Shown here one piece after another: positions 40,797-50,138 of a stretch of DNA of 64,000 bases. Numbering within the stretch: the stretch's first letter is position 1; the number at the start of each line of letters is the position of its first letter. Both the position numbers and the translations under genes were made by a program. The DNA comes from a virus. The stretch is from the IMG/VR virus record IMGVR_UViG_3300023174_000062. The stretch is one strand, 5' to 3'. The notes under the pieces are model-generated. The model worked only from the letters and a program-made list of their open reading frames with translations, was not told where the DNA came from and did not search any database.

Positions 40797-41285
40797 ATGG
40801 CAAATAAAACTTGGACTATAGAATTGGAAGAAGACCCTGAGACTGGTGACTTGATTCTTCCTTTGAATGATGAGATACTAGAGGGAACTGGTTGGCAAAC
40901 TGGTGACAGTATTGAATGGATTGACAACAAAGATGGAAGTTGGACTATGAAGAAAATTGAAACACAATGGGTGCTTGTTGAAACTGTATCCATGTTCCGT
41001 GAACGCTACATGGTAGAAGTGCCTGTTGGTGTTGACAGATATGGTAAAGACAAAGCAGATTGGGCGCTTGATACAGTTACACTAGAAGAAGCCAAAGAGT
41101 TTTCACAAGAACATTTGGGCGAGACTATCACATCACACCGTGTCGTTACAAAAGAAGAAGCACTTGCGTTGTGTGATAAAGACAATGCGTACTGCAAAGC
41201 GTGGACTGAAGAAATGAAAATGAAAAATTTCTTCACGACAATGGCAGAACACATTCAGGAGAATGACTACAATGACGCTACCTGA
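40797..41285 (+). CDS. Hypothetical protein with AbrB-like N-terminus
   Basis: LILPL...GWQTGDSIEW; promoter TTGACT-17-TATAAT at 40744. Confidence 0.55.
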   Translation: MANKTWTIELEEDPETGDLILPLNDEILEGTGWQTGDSIEWIDNKDGSWTMKKIETQWVLVETVSMFRERYMVEVPVGVDRYGKDKADWALDTVTLEEAKEFSQEHLGETITSHRVVTKEEALALCDKDNAYCKAWTEEMKMKNFFTTMAEHIQENDYNDAT

Positions 41286-41505
41286 CGAAAGATATCGTGC
41301 GTTGCGTTGCGGGCATCAAATGCTTTTAGATTTGTTGAACCCCAAAGTAACGCCAAAAGTACCAAAATACATACGTCAACGTGCCGGCAGTATTTTAAGA
41401 CACTATCCAGATTCTTATCATTTCACAAAGATTGTGGAGAATTTGCCTGAAGATTTTGCCGTCAACAGTCCATTTGTGAAGGTGACGAATGAAACTGGAA
41501 ACTGA
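41272..41505 (+). CDS. Conserved hypothetical protein
   Basis: MTLPDERYRA...TPKVPK.IR..A..ILRHYP. Confidence 0.55.
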   Translation: MTLPDERYRALRCGHQMLLDLLNPKVTPKVPKYIRQRAGSILRHYPDSYHFTKIVENLPEDFAVNSPFVKVTNETGN

Positions 41506-41659
41506 AAATGAAATTGTGCATTTTTTGCAAGAGTTGCTACATCCAGAAGGTTTTGGTTGGTCGGTAACTGCTGAGGTTCGTAAAGAATCAAAGCGCCTTT
41601 TAATTATGATAGAAAGTGAAAGTAATGAGCAAGATTCAACAATTCGGCAGAGTCTATGA
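41489..41659 (+). CDS. 56 aa hypothetical protein
   Basis: MKLETENEIVHFLQELLHPEGFGWSVTAEVR; fills gap, below ORF-track cutoff. Confidence 0.45.
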   Translation: MKLETENEIVHFLQELLHPEGFGWSVTAEVRKESKRLLIMIESESNEQDSTIRQSL

Positions 41660-41924
41660 AACGTTCGATCCCAGTAATAAAAAACATAGAAAAATTTTCC
41701 ATGATGTGTTAAGATATCGTACATGGGGTAGGTCTCCGATTTGTTTTTGGGCAGAAGATGATTCTTCTGGTTCTAACAGTTTGATGGATCAATGTATCAA
41801 AGCAATGGGAAGATACTATATAGAAAAAGAGTTTGGTGTGTTAGTAGATGACGATCCATTTTTGACTCCAGAAATTCGCACTAGACCTAATCCATGTCCA
41901 CACATTAGAAAGAAATTGAAATGA
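41625..41924 (+). CDS. Hypothetical protein
   Basis: ORF track. Confidence 0.5.
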   Translation: MSKIQQFGRVYETFDPSNKKHRKIFHDVLRYRTWGRSPICFWAEDDSSGSNSLMDQCIKAMGRYYIEKEFGVLVDDDPFLTPEIRTRPNPCPHIRKKLK

Positions 41925-42646
41925 AAGTTTATATCGGACCCTATAAGAATTGGGTTGGACCATATCAGATTGCTGAAGCACTTTGTTTTTGGGCAAAGCC
42001 TGTCGAGGATGAATATGGATACAAACGTAAACCTGATTGGGTGCATAATTTTGGCACTTGGCTTTCTCATGGAACTGCAAAAGAAGAAATTGTAGAGTCA
42101 AAGAATGCTCCAGAAACTTGGCTGTTGAAACTCTGTCGATGGATTGAATCTAAACGGAATCGTGTGTCTTACATCAAGATTGATAAGTACGATACATGGT
42201 CAATGGATCATACGCTTGCAATGATTGTTTTGCCTATGTTAAAGCAACTGCAAGCAACAAAGCATGGGTCGCCTAATGTTGATGATGAAGATGTGCCGGA
42301 AGAATTAAAGTCAACTTCAGCGCCAGCAAAAGAAAATGAATGGGATACTGATGAAAATCATTTCAAGCGTTGGGACTGGGTATTAGATGAAATGATTTTT
42401 GCATTCACTTGCAAGAATGATGATTCTTGGGAAGAAGAGTTTCGTTCTGGTGAACATGACTTGCTTTGGCTACCTGTCGATAAAGATGGCAATGAAGTTC
42501 CCAAAAAAGATGCTAAATTGTTTCGAATGACAGATGGTCCCAATAACACATACAAGTGTGACTATGAAGGCATGAAAGTTGTTGAGACACGAATTCAAAA
42601 CGGATTTCGTTTGTTTGGTAAGTACTACCAAGCACTTTGGGATTAA
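41921..42646 (+). CDS. Conserved hypothetical protein
   Basis: DTWSMDHTLA, WDWVLDEMIFAF, GFRLFGKYYQALWD. Confidence 0.65.
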   Translation: MKVYIGPYKNWVGPYQIAEALCFWAKPVEDEYGYKRKPDWVHNFGTWLSHGTAKEEIVESKNAPETWLLKLCRWIESKRNRVSYIKIDKYDTWSMDHTLAMIVLPMLKQLQATKHGSPNVDDEDVPEELKSTSAPAKENEWDTDENHFKRWDWVLDEMIFAFTCKNDDSWEEEFRSGEHDLLWLPVDKDGNEVPKKDAKLFRMTDGPNNTYKCDYEGMKVVETRIQNGFRLFGKYYQALWD

Positions 42647-42687
42647 TTCAATGCTAAATACTTCTATGATAATCATAGGAGACGGCG

Positions 42688-43308
42688 ATGGATTTCTTCA
42701 CGGAAGATGCAGTAAGACAACTAATTCCAAAAGTTAAAAACTTTGATGAGTGGTATAGTAATTTAATTAATATCTTGCCTGAGTATGACATAGACACACC
42801 ACATAGGGTTGCCGCATTCATGGCACAATGTGGACATGAGTCTGGTGGTTTTACTCTTATGCAAGAGAATTTGAATTACTCTGCAAAAGGTTTAGTTGGT
42901 ACTTTCAAGAAATACTTTCCTACTGAAGCAGTAGCAAAGCCATACGAACGTAGACCAGAAATGATTGCTAATCGTGTTTATGCTAATCGTATGGGTAATG
43001 GAGATGAAGCATCTGGAGAAGGCTGGTACTTTCGTGGTAGAGGCATTGTGCAAATTACAGGAAAGAACAACTACACTAAGTGTTCGCAATCATTGTTTGA
43101 AAGCAATGTGCTAGTTGAGAATCCTGATTTGTTGCTTGAAGTAGAGTATGCTATTCATTCTGCTTGTTGGTTCTGGTCTGCGGCTAGACTAAATGAACTT
43201 GCAGATATTGGAGATATGAAGACAATGACAAAACGAATCAATGGTGGATACATTGGCTTAGAAGACAGAATCAACCACTACAATCATGCGATTGAAATTT
43301 TAACTTAA
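42688..43308 (+). CDS. GH19 family endolysin
   Basis: FMAQCGHESGG, ENLNYS, FRGRG.VQITGK.NY, TKRINGG..GL.DR. Confidence 0.92.
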   Translation: MDFFTEDAVRQLIPKVKNFDEWYSNLINILPEYDIDTPHRVAAFMAQCGHESGGFTLMQENLNYSAKGLVGTFKKYFPTEAVAKPYERRPEMIANRVYANRMGNGDEASGEGWYFRGRGIVQITGKNNYTKCSQSLFESNVLVENPDLLLEVEYAIHSACWFWSAARLNELADIGDMKTMTKRINGGYIGLEDRINHYNHAIEILT

Positions 43309-43320
43309 AAGGCGATAATT

Positions 43321-43602
43321 ATGTTCAAGAAAATTAAAGAGTTTTTCACAGGTAGCAAACCAGCAGTAGAGACAACAACTCAGGAAGTTGTTTTGACTCC
43401 GGCAGATGTTGCAATCAAAAACATCAAAGAGACTACTGCGTCTGTAGATGCTAAAGTAGAAGTTGCGGAGGCGCCAGCATCATCACAACAAGCATGGACT
43501 AAAAATTCTCCTGCACCTATCGCCACGACTACTAGAAAAAAACCACAAACTACCAAAGCAACTACTACTGCGCCTAGGAAGAGAAAGCCAGCACCAAAAT
43601 AA
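43321..43602 (+). CDS. Low-complexity hypothetical protein
   Basis: Ala/Thr/Lys-rich. Confidence 0.5.
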   Translation: MFKKIKEFFTGSKPAVETTTQEVVLTPADVAIKNIKETTASVDAKVEVAEAPASSQQAWTKNSPAPIATTTRKKPQTTKATTTAPRKRKPAPK

Positions 43603-43722
43603 ATGTACTTCAATATCATTATAACTTTTAATGATATATTATTTTTATTGTGTATGATACCGTTAGTTGCGGTGTTCTGTGTGATGTTTAGTGACTGGTT
43701 GAAAGATAAAAACAGGTATTAA
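43603..43722 (+). CDS. 39 aa membrane peptide
   Basis: MYFNIIITFNDILFLLCMIPLVAVFCVMFSDWLKDKNRY. Confidence 0.4.
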   Translation: MYFNIIITFNDILFLLCMIPLVAVFCVMFSDWLKDKNRY

Positions 43723-43725
43723 AAT

Positions 43726-44499
43726 CTATCTACCCACATAGATTTGTGGTTCGGATTCTCTACGGCGTTTTTCTTCACTCTTTGGAAATAGTCCATCGCC
43801 GTATTGAGGATATTTTTGTTGTCTATCGTGTGCAACCCACATAAACGTTGCACCCATAGTGAATATTACTATTAAAATAGACACACCTACTATAGCCTCT
43901 TGTTTCAATTGTCTCATACGTGAGGCTCTTCTTTTTGCTTGCACTTCTTCTGCTCTTATTTTATTCACCAAAAGAACCTTTTGTTCTTTACCCATCTCTT
44001 TCATCATATCTTCTACTTCAGTATACAAAGCACCTAACTCAGGTGGACTTTGATACACCATCAACTCACGCAATTCAGTTCCCATTTGCTCTAATTGTTT
44101 TTTCATTAAAACACGTTGTAGCGCACGTTTGCCTAAACTATCATCACCCTCATATAATTCTGTTTTGCTTTTACGTTCTTCTTCTGCAAAGATAGCCATA
44201 CATTTGTGTAAATTATCATAGTATGTACCGAGATGATTTCCAATTTCAGTATAGATGCCAGCAGTCTCACCATCACGTTTGTTTAATTCTATAACACGAT
44301 TCTTCTCTTCAATGTATGCATTACGTTGTGTGACTGTTGCTGGTTTGTCTTTATGATTGTTATGAAACTGTTCATCTAAATCTTTAAGTACGCCTTTGAT
44401 ATCTCCAGCGGCACCTTTAATGTCTTTGTATAACTGGCACCCCTTTTTAACGGCCGCTACAGCGCCGTTGGCTAATGCAAAAAGGGTAATTGGATCCAT
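43726..44499 (-). CDS. Helical protein with C-terminal TM (MDPIT paralog 2)
   Basis: MDPITLFALANGAV..., coiled coil, TM. Confidence 0.65.
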   Translation of the reverse strand: MDPITLFALANGAVAAVKKGCQLYKDIKGAAGDIKGVLKDLDEQFHNNHKDKPATVTQRNAYIEEKNRVIELNKRDGETAGIYTEIGNHLGTYYDNLHKCMAIFAEEERKSKTELYEGDDSLGKRALQRVLMKKQLEQMGTELRELMVYQSPPELGALYTEVEDMMKEMGKEQKVLLVNKIRAEEVQAKRRASRMRQLKQEAIVGVSILIVIFTMGATFMWVAHDRQQKYPQYGDGLFPKSEEKRRRESEPQIYVGR

Positions 44500-45110
44500 T
44501 ATTTTATCGCTTTATCTCTTTCTTCACGTTCTTTTGCATCACGTTCTTTTTGTTGCTGTCGTAAAATTAAATTACGTTTAGCAACTTTTTCTTCATAAAT
44601 TCTTTTTTCTTCCATTTGCCCATAGATAGCAATACCACCCATGGCAATTGCAAATACGATAGCAGACCCTGCTATAAAATACATGGCAAATATAAACTGG
44701 TCTGCCATTTTCTTTTTGTGTGCTAATTTTCTTTCTTCTTCTGCACGTTCTGCTTCTGCACGTTCTTTGAATAGTCTAGTGCGTTCCTTTATCATGTGTT
44801 CCCACACTTCAGGTTTACCCAATTTCCAAAGAATCATATCTTTAAGTTCACGCTCTGCTTGCCTCAGAGCATCACTATGCATAGCAATCTCAAGTGCTTC
44901 TTTACCGAGTTCTGCGTCAGTTTTTCCTAGTTGACTTCCTTTTGCTTTTATTTTTGATCGCTCACGATGAATTGCATCTGAGGATTCGAAAAACTTGCTG
45001 AATTGCCCGACAAGACTATTAACGTCTTTGCCTAATGCGATTGCCTGCTTGATGTGACTGACTGCACTCTGGGCGGCTGAGAATGCAAGTCCTATTGTAA
45101 TTGGATCCAT
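44499..45110 (-). CDS. Helical protein with C-terminal TM (MDPIT paralog 1)
   Basis: MDPITIGLAFSAAQ..., coiled coil, TM. Confidence 0.65.
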   Translation of the reverse strand: MDPITIGLAFSAAQSAVSHIKQAIALGKDVNSLVGQFSKFFESSDAIHRERSKIKAKGSQLGKTDAELGKEALEIAMHSDALRQAERELKDMILWKLGKPEVWEHMIKERTRLFKERAEAERAEEERKLAHKKKMADQFIFAMYFIAGSAIVFAIAMGGIAIYGQMEEKRIYEEKVAKRNLILRQQQKERDAKEREERDKAIK

Positions 45111-45115
45111 GACTA

Positions 45116-45349
45116 TTAGCCGCCAAGTTTACATATATCTTTATGTAATCGTTGAGAACAATCTTTTACGGTCCATTCCACACACCAGACTGTTCGATTG
45201 AAAACATCACCTGCCCATTTCCATTTGGTGCAGGTTTTTACTTCATCCGTCTTTTTAGGACTTTCTTTTAGTTCGGCACTTGCAGTTAAAATAATCAAAC
45301 ATAATATAATTGATAAAAACTTTACAAGACGATAGGAAGCCAAAGCCAC
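45116..45349 (-). CDS. Small exported Cys-containing protein
   Basis: Signal-like segment, four Cys in mature part; start uncertain. Confidence 0.5.
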   Translation of the reverse strand: MALASYRLVKFLSIILCLIILTASAELKESPKKTDEVKTCTKWKWAGDVFNRTVWCVEWTVKDCSQRLHKDICKLGG

Positions 45350-45879
45350 AGACCCTGACTCATAAGTATTGCGGCAAAAAACCCAACACCAATACTAGCA
45401 AAATATAGGGACATACTGACTGCCAAAATACTTGCAGTTAATAATACAATTGCAATTTGAAATGCAGAACCAGCAAATGTCAACCAAGGACTAGATTTGC
45501 GAATCTGGTCACGTTCGGCTTCAAGACCTTTTGCCTTTGCCATTAATTCTTTCTTACCTTCACCAGTAGTAGGATCCGATTCGTATCGATCAATTTTTGC
45601 AGTTAACTTTTCTGCTTTGTCAAATTGTTTTCTATCGATAGCATCATCTCTAGCCATTTCAGCAAGAGTTTGTTTAACTGATTTTGCTTGATAGAATGCC
45701 CAAGTATTGTTTGCGCTAATTGTATTGTTCAATACTTTACTGCTGTTACCACTGGCAACATACGTATTGATTGCAAGCAAAGCGGCTAGGACAGTAATTA
45801 ACCATCCTGCTTTATCTTTGATATTTGCTTCACGTTCGCTACGTGATAATGGTTTATTTTGCAATATTACTTCTGCCAT
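45322..45879 (-). CDS. DUF4337-like membrane protein
   Basis: LAALLAI...WAFYQAKS.K...FQIAIVL. Confidence 0.7.
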   Translation of the reverse strand: MAEVILQNKPLSRSEREANIKDKAGWLITVLAALLAINTYVASGNSSKVLNNTISANNTWAFYQAKSVKQTLAEMARDDAIDRKQFDKAEKLTAKIDRYESDPTTGEGKKELMAKAKGLEAERDQIRKSSPWLTFAGSAFQIAIVLLTASILAVSMSLYFASIGVGFFAAILMSQGLWLWLPIVL

Positions 45880-45881
45880 AT

Positions 45882-46625
45882 TTACTCCTTAATAACTTTT
45901 TTTACTATTCGTTTTTTTGCTGGTGGTTTTTTTACTATTCGTTTGGGTCTAGCAACCACCATGTTTTCTTTGTGCTTGATAGAGACTATTAAAAGTATTA
46001 AACTTATATTAATAATAATTATCATTGTCCATGCAGTTGTCATGTAGAACAAATATTGTGATTGCAGTCTATTCACAACTGACGCATAAAATTCATTTGT
46101 TGTTTGAATGATTTGATTTTTATGTTTCTTATAGTCATCACCAAACATCAATAATTGTGCGGCCATGTGGTGATGAGTTTGTACATCAGCATTCGTTTCG
46201 GTTTTGCCTTTTTGCGTCCAATCAAATGACTCAATTTCTATTTTTGCCAAATTGTTACTCAATTGCTCTGCTTTTAAAAGTGTATCTAATTCACTCTGCA
46301 AGAACGGCACTTCTTTGAGTCTATCTTTAAATGATTTGACAATACCCTTCTCATCAGCCAATTCACCATTTCGTACCTTAAGTACATTGTTGAATTCGGT
46401 TTTCCATTGTTCGTTTTTTGTTGTGACGTAATATCTTGCATAATTGGTTAGATCATCAGACGATTTCATCATAGCCCGACTAAATGAAACTGCCTGATTA
46501 AGTGTATTCAATTGAGTCTCAGCACTTTTGAAACAACTAAGTACCGCCAGACTGCAAAGGAAAATAACTCCCGCAAGAATGTACGGAAGTCTTTTAAATT
46601 CTAAAAATTTGTCTAATATATTCAT
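45882..46625 (-). CDS. Two-TM periplasmic sensor domain without cytoplasmic output domain
   Basis: SSDDLT..AR.YV.T...F...L.VR.G...SN.L..IE...FG..Y...K..I resembles MCP/HK periplasmic sensors. Confidence 0.6.
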   Translation of the reverse strand: MNILDKFLEFKRLPYILAGVIFLCSLAVLSCFKSAETQLNTLNQAVSFSRAMMKSSDDLTNYARYYVTTKNEQWKTEFNNVLKVRNGELADEKGIVKSFKDRLKEVPFLQSELDTLLKAEQLSNNLAKIEIESFDWTQKGKTETNADVQTHHHMAAQLLMFGDDYKKHKNQIIQTTNEFYASVVNRLQSQYLFYMTTAWTMIIIINISLILLIVSIKHKENMVVARPKRIVKKPPAKKRIVKKVIKE

Positions 46626-46790
46626 GTTAGTGTTTTTAATAGTAATGATAATACCTGTTTTACTTCGGCTTGATAGTTGGTAAGAACGACCATACCCAAC
46701 CCTAAAGCGGCTGTCGGAAAGTTTTTTGTTGGCGCTGGTGGCGCTGGCTCTACTGGTTTTCTTCTAGTAGTAACTCTCTTTGCTACCATG
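46622..46790 (-). CDS. Small hypothetical protein
   Basis: MVAKRVTTRRK; GGAG SD; CATAAATA late-like promoter on minus strand near 46817-46824. Confidence 0.5.
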
Positions 46791-46862
46791 TAAATCTCCA
46801 TATAATAGTTCATTCATATTTATGGTAAACCAAGTTTTTGACACGTTTCAGAGGGGGATTTT

Positions 46863-46923
46863 TGTTGTTTTTGAGCAACAAAGTCAAAATAACCCTTGAC
46901 CTGCTGTCCCAGTATGGTATACT
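46863..46923 (+). promoter_or_regulatory. sigma70 promoter with TGTTG-N8-CAACA palindrome
   Basis: Palindrome 46863-46880; TTGACC 46896; TGG-TATACT 46918. Confidence 0.7.
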
Positions 46924-46929
46924 GTCTAT

Positions 46930-47247
46930 ATGACATTGAGAAAGAAACGTTGCGACCGAAACCATGTACTGTACAAAGTTACATGCGTTGATACTGGCGA
47001 TACATATGTTGGCTTGACTGTTGCACAGGGTCAAGCCTATTTGCGTTCGGTTAAAGTCCGTTGGCAAAAACATGTGAGTCGTGCTAAGTGCGAAAACAAA
47101 AATTGGGCAATGTGTAATGCATTGCGTGAGTTGGCTGGTGCAAACTGGCAATATGAAGTTGTCGAAGTGATCCGTGGACGTAAACCCGCACACCAGCGTG
47201 AACGTGAATTGATTGCCGAATTCGAGCCATCATTGAATACGTTTTGA
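46930..47247 (+). CDS. GIY-YIG family nuclease
   Basis: VLY...YVG...RW..H...E..LI....LN. Confidence 0.75.
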   Translation: MTLRKKRCDRNHVLYKVTCVDTGDTYVGLTVAQGQAYLRSVKVRWQKHVSRAKCENKNWAMCNALRELAGANWQYEVVEVIRGRKPAHQRERELIAEFEPSLNTF

Positions 47248-47298
47248 CATGCCATATATGATGTGTTATACTGTTTAATCTATCATATAGGAGTTCTT

Positions 47299-47520
47299 AT
47301 GAAAATCGGTCCGTTTACGTTCGCACAAGAAAAAATGACTGCTGGTGTTATTGCTGGCGCATTGTTTGCTTGGGTATCATTGTACATTTTAGGTTCATAC
47401 ATTACATTATGTGCAGTTAATACTTTGTTTCCCGTTAACATTCCTGTGACATGGGAAAGTGTAATGTCAGTATTTTGGTTAACCGCATTAGTGAATGCTA
47501 TCATTGGGAGTTCAAAATGA
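47299..47520 (+). CDS. Membrane protein
   Basis: Hydrophobic; promoter TTGACA-17-TATACT at 47244. Confidence 0.55.
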   Translation: MKIGPFTFAQEKMTAGVIAGALFAWVSLYILGSYITLCAVNTLFPVNIPVTWESVMSVFWLTALVNAIIGSSK

Positions 47521-47975
47521 AATTCTTAGGTACTGCATTGGTTGGAGTTATGATTTCAACATCGGCAGTTTCTGGTATGTTGGGTGAGTCTCTTAGGGGC
47601 GCAGATAGTTACAATAGGGGCAATTATACGAGTAGCCTTGAGGGTGACAGTTTAGTTAAGTTTGAATTGGCAAGAGTCGTTCGCCTTCAGCCGATTCAAG
47701 AAACCAGAGTGTATAACGTGACTAGAACGTCATGCACAATGGTAGAAGACTTGTCTGGTGTATCAGCACAAACTGCTGGCACACCTACTGGCAAACCTCC
47801 AAGCAACATGGTTCAAAGATGTGTTCCGTATGCCGATAGAGAATACAAACAATTCATTATTGGATATGATGTGACGTTTGAATACTACGGACAAATCAGA
47901 ACCGTTCGTATGAATCACGATCCAGGTACCGCAGTACGTGTAAAATCGGTAACTAATGTATATGTAATGGAATGA
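47517..47975 (+). CDS. Exported YcfJ-like protein
   Basis: Signal; ARVV..C...QRC...GYDVTFEY.G...VRM..DPG. Confidence 0.55.
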   Translation: MKFLGTALVGVMISTSAVSGMLGESLRGADSYNRGNYTSSLEGDSLVKFELARVVRLQPIQETRVYNVTRTSCTMVEDLSGVSAQTAGTPTGKPPSNMVQRCVPYADREYKQFIIGYDVTFEYYGQIRTVRMNHDPGTAVRVKSVTNVYVME

Positions 47976-48379
47976 AAAACTTATGTACGCTACATAGTAT
48001 TGTAGCACTTTTAATTATGTGTAATTTTGCACATGCCGAGGTTACCCTTGTGGAAGATAATTCTTCCACGAATAAAGTATACATGGCAAAAGTGATAAGC
48101 AAGAAACCTATCATAGAAAAGGTACCGTACATGGCAACAAAAAATTATTGTGAAAAATATTATGGGACAGTTCATTATTCAGGTGCGTCTGTCGGAACAC
48201 CTGTTATAGCAACAACAACACCATTGAACCAAAAACCAATATGCAATTTAATAACCCACGAAGAATTTTATAATGTCGTAAAGGGTTATCAAGTTACGTA
48301 TGATTACAAGGGTACACTCAAAACTGCAATTTTAAATAATGAACCAAGTGACTATGTGCAGGTGTACAATGCACCGTGA
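47972..48379 (+). CDS. Exported YcfJ-like protein, paralog of preceding gene
   Basis: AKVIS..P..C...C...GYQVTYDYKG. Confidence 0.55.
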   Translation: MKNLCTLHSIVALLIMCNFAHAEVTLVEDNSSTNKVYMAKVISKKPIIEKVPYMATKNYCEKYYGTVHYSGASVGTPVIATTTPLNQKPICNLITHEEFYNVVKGYQVTYDYKGTLKTAILNNEPSDYVQVYNAP

Positions 48380-48621
48380 TGTATTATATCTATGGCGCTG
48401 TAGGAAGTAAGGCTACAGAAAAGGCAGAATTACTTTTAAATATTTGCAGAAGACAGTATAAACTTTTCATACTTGGCGAAGATTATACAGTAGCGCAATT
48501 ACAGAAATTGGTTCCTAACACAACCTTTGTTCCACATATATATCACAATTTAAATTACATTGGCGGTATCAATGAATTGCATGATTACCTTTATGATGAA
48601 TTGAGAATAGAAAAGAGTTAG
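48376..48621 (+). CDS. Glutaredoxin-fold protein lacking CxxC
   Basis: VPHIY..IGG..EL; SKAT at active-site position. Confidence 0.6.
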   Translation: MMYYIYGAVGSKATEKAELLLNICRRQYKLFILGEDYTVAQLQKLVPNTTFVPHIYHNLNYIGGINELHDYLYDELRIEKS

Positions 48622-48671
48622 CGTGGCAAACTTGACAATTGAACGGATTGTAGGTATACTAGAGACATTGA

Positions 48672-49004
48672 ATGAAAGATATTTTTAACATGGAGAACTT
48701 TGATATGACAACTTTTAATTATGCAACAAGTGATGCAAAAGAACAAAAAGTATTTCGTGATTGGCTTGTTAGCCATCTCAAGTATGGTCCTGTGACTGTT
48801 GACTTTCTTAAGAAAGACGGCACAATGCGTACCATGAAATGCACATTGCAAGAGAGTGCAATTCCAACATACGAAAAGAAAACCGAACGTGTTCGCACCA
48901 CTTCAACTGATGAGTCTATCTCTGTAGTTGACTTGGAAAAAAACGAGTGGCGTTCATTTCGCTATGATTCTATTAAATCTGTATCATTTACATTGGGTGA
49001 ATAA
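48672..49004 (+). CDS. SH3/WYL-like conserved phage protein
   Basis: F.KKDGT.R.MKCTL...DLEK.EWRSFR; promoter 48632-48660. Confidence 0.65.
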   Translation: MKDIFNMENFDMTTFNYATSDAKEQKVFRDWLVSHLKYGPVTVDFLKKDGTMRTMKCTLQESAIPTYEKKTERVRTTSTDESISVVDLEKNEWRSFRYDSIKSVSFTLGE

Positions 49005-49007
49005 ATT

Positions 49008-50132
49008 ATGAAATTTTCCAAGATTAATCCAGGTGCCGATGCAAAAGCATATGGCATGGAACCTTCTTGGACCAATCAAGCCGAGATGACAAATCTTAGA
49101 AGCGAAGAAATTCGTGCATTGAATTGGTATAATTATTTTTGCGACAACAAGCAAGCAAAAACGTTTGTTGTCGAATACATGGCTAGCATTGATCGACCGA
49201 AGGAAGAAATTTCTTTAGTCGCATCAAGTGACGCATCTATTCCAGTACAACTTGGTTGGGTAGCACGTATGATGTGTATGGGCTACGAACCATCCGAATC
49301 ATTCAAAAAATTCTTTGTCAAAGAATTTAAGACTGCAATAGAGAATGCAAAGAAAACTAAAAAAGCAAAAGCACCTATTGTTGCAACATCAACTGCACCA
49401 GTCGTTTCTATCCAAGATAGAATTCGTGAAAAGGCATCTGAAGAAGTCGGTGAAATCGAAGGACTTGTAGATGACTTCATTGCTGGTGGATGTAAGTCCG
49501 CACCAGATATGCAATCATATCTGAAAGGTAAAGAATTATCTGCCGTTGTGCAAAAACGCATGTGTGAAGTATTCATCAAGCGTTCTAAAGAATTCGAAGA
49601 AGTGATGAATGCAACGGATGCAGATACGAAAGAAGCATATTCTAATTTCACTAAAGTTCAATTGCGTAAAGTTAAAGAGTTCTATGATGCGATTGTTGCA
49701 GAAACAAATCGTGGCGCAGAAAAGAAACCCACACGTAAAGCACGTAAAGTAAAAGAGAAACCTGCAAGTGTCATTGTGGCTAAAGTGCAATACATGAAAG
49801 ACTTTGCAGACTTGAATTTGAAGAGTGTTCTACCTGAAAAGATTATTGGTGCGAACCAAGTCTGGTTGTACAATACCAAAACAAAATTGCTTGGCATGTA
49901 CAATTGCGATAATGCTAAAGGTCTGACAATCAAAGGCACAACAATTCAAAACTTCAATGTTGATACGTCCATTGGCAAACGTTTGCGTAAGCCCGAAGTG
50001 ACTGTTAAGCAAGTACTTGATGGTGGTAAGATTGTGTTGAAAAAACTGTTAGACGGATTGACTACCAAACCTTCCGAGTTGACAGGACGCATTAACTCTG
50101 ATACAATTATTGTAAGAGTAATAACTGGATAA
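49008..50132 (+). CDS. Conserved T4-like hypothetical protein
   Basis: LNWYNY...YNTK.K.L...KGTT...LRKP...GRIN. Confidence 0.65.
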   Translation: MKFSKINPGADAKAYGMEPSWTNQAEMTNLRSEEIRALNWYNYFCDNKQAKTFVVEYMASIDRPKEEISLVASSDASIPVQLGWVARMMCMGYEPSESFKKFFVKEFKTAIENAKKTKKAKAPIVATSTAPVVSIQDRIREKASEEVGEIEGLVDDFIAGGCKSAPDMQSYLKGKELSAVVQKRMCEVFIKRSKEFEEVMNATDADTKEAYSNFTKVQLRKVKEFYDAIVAETNRGAEKKPTRKARKVKEKPASVIVAKVQYMKDFADLNLKSVLPEKIIGANQVWLYNTKTKLLGMYNCDNAKGLTIKGTTIQNFNVDTSIGKRLRKPEVTVKQVLDGGKIVLKKLLDGLTTKPSELTGRINSDTIIVRVITG

Positions 50133-50138
50133 CTTAAA

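Noticed and set aside
382-43619. Numerous minus-strand ORFs in the track
   Set aside because: They are antisense shadows of recognisable plus-strand genes
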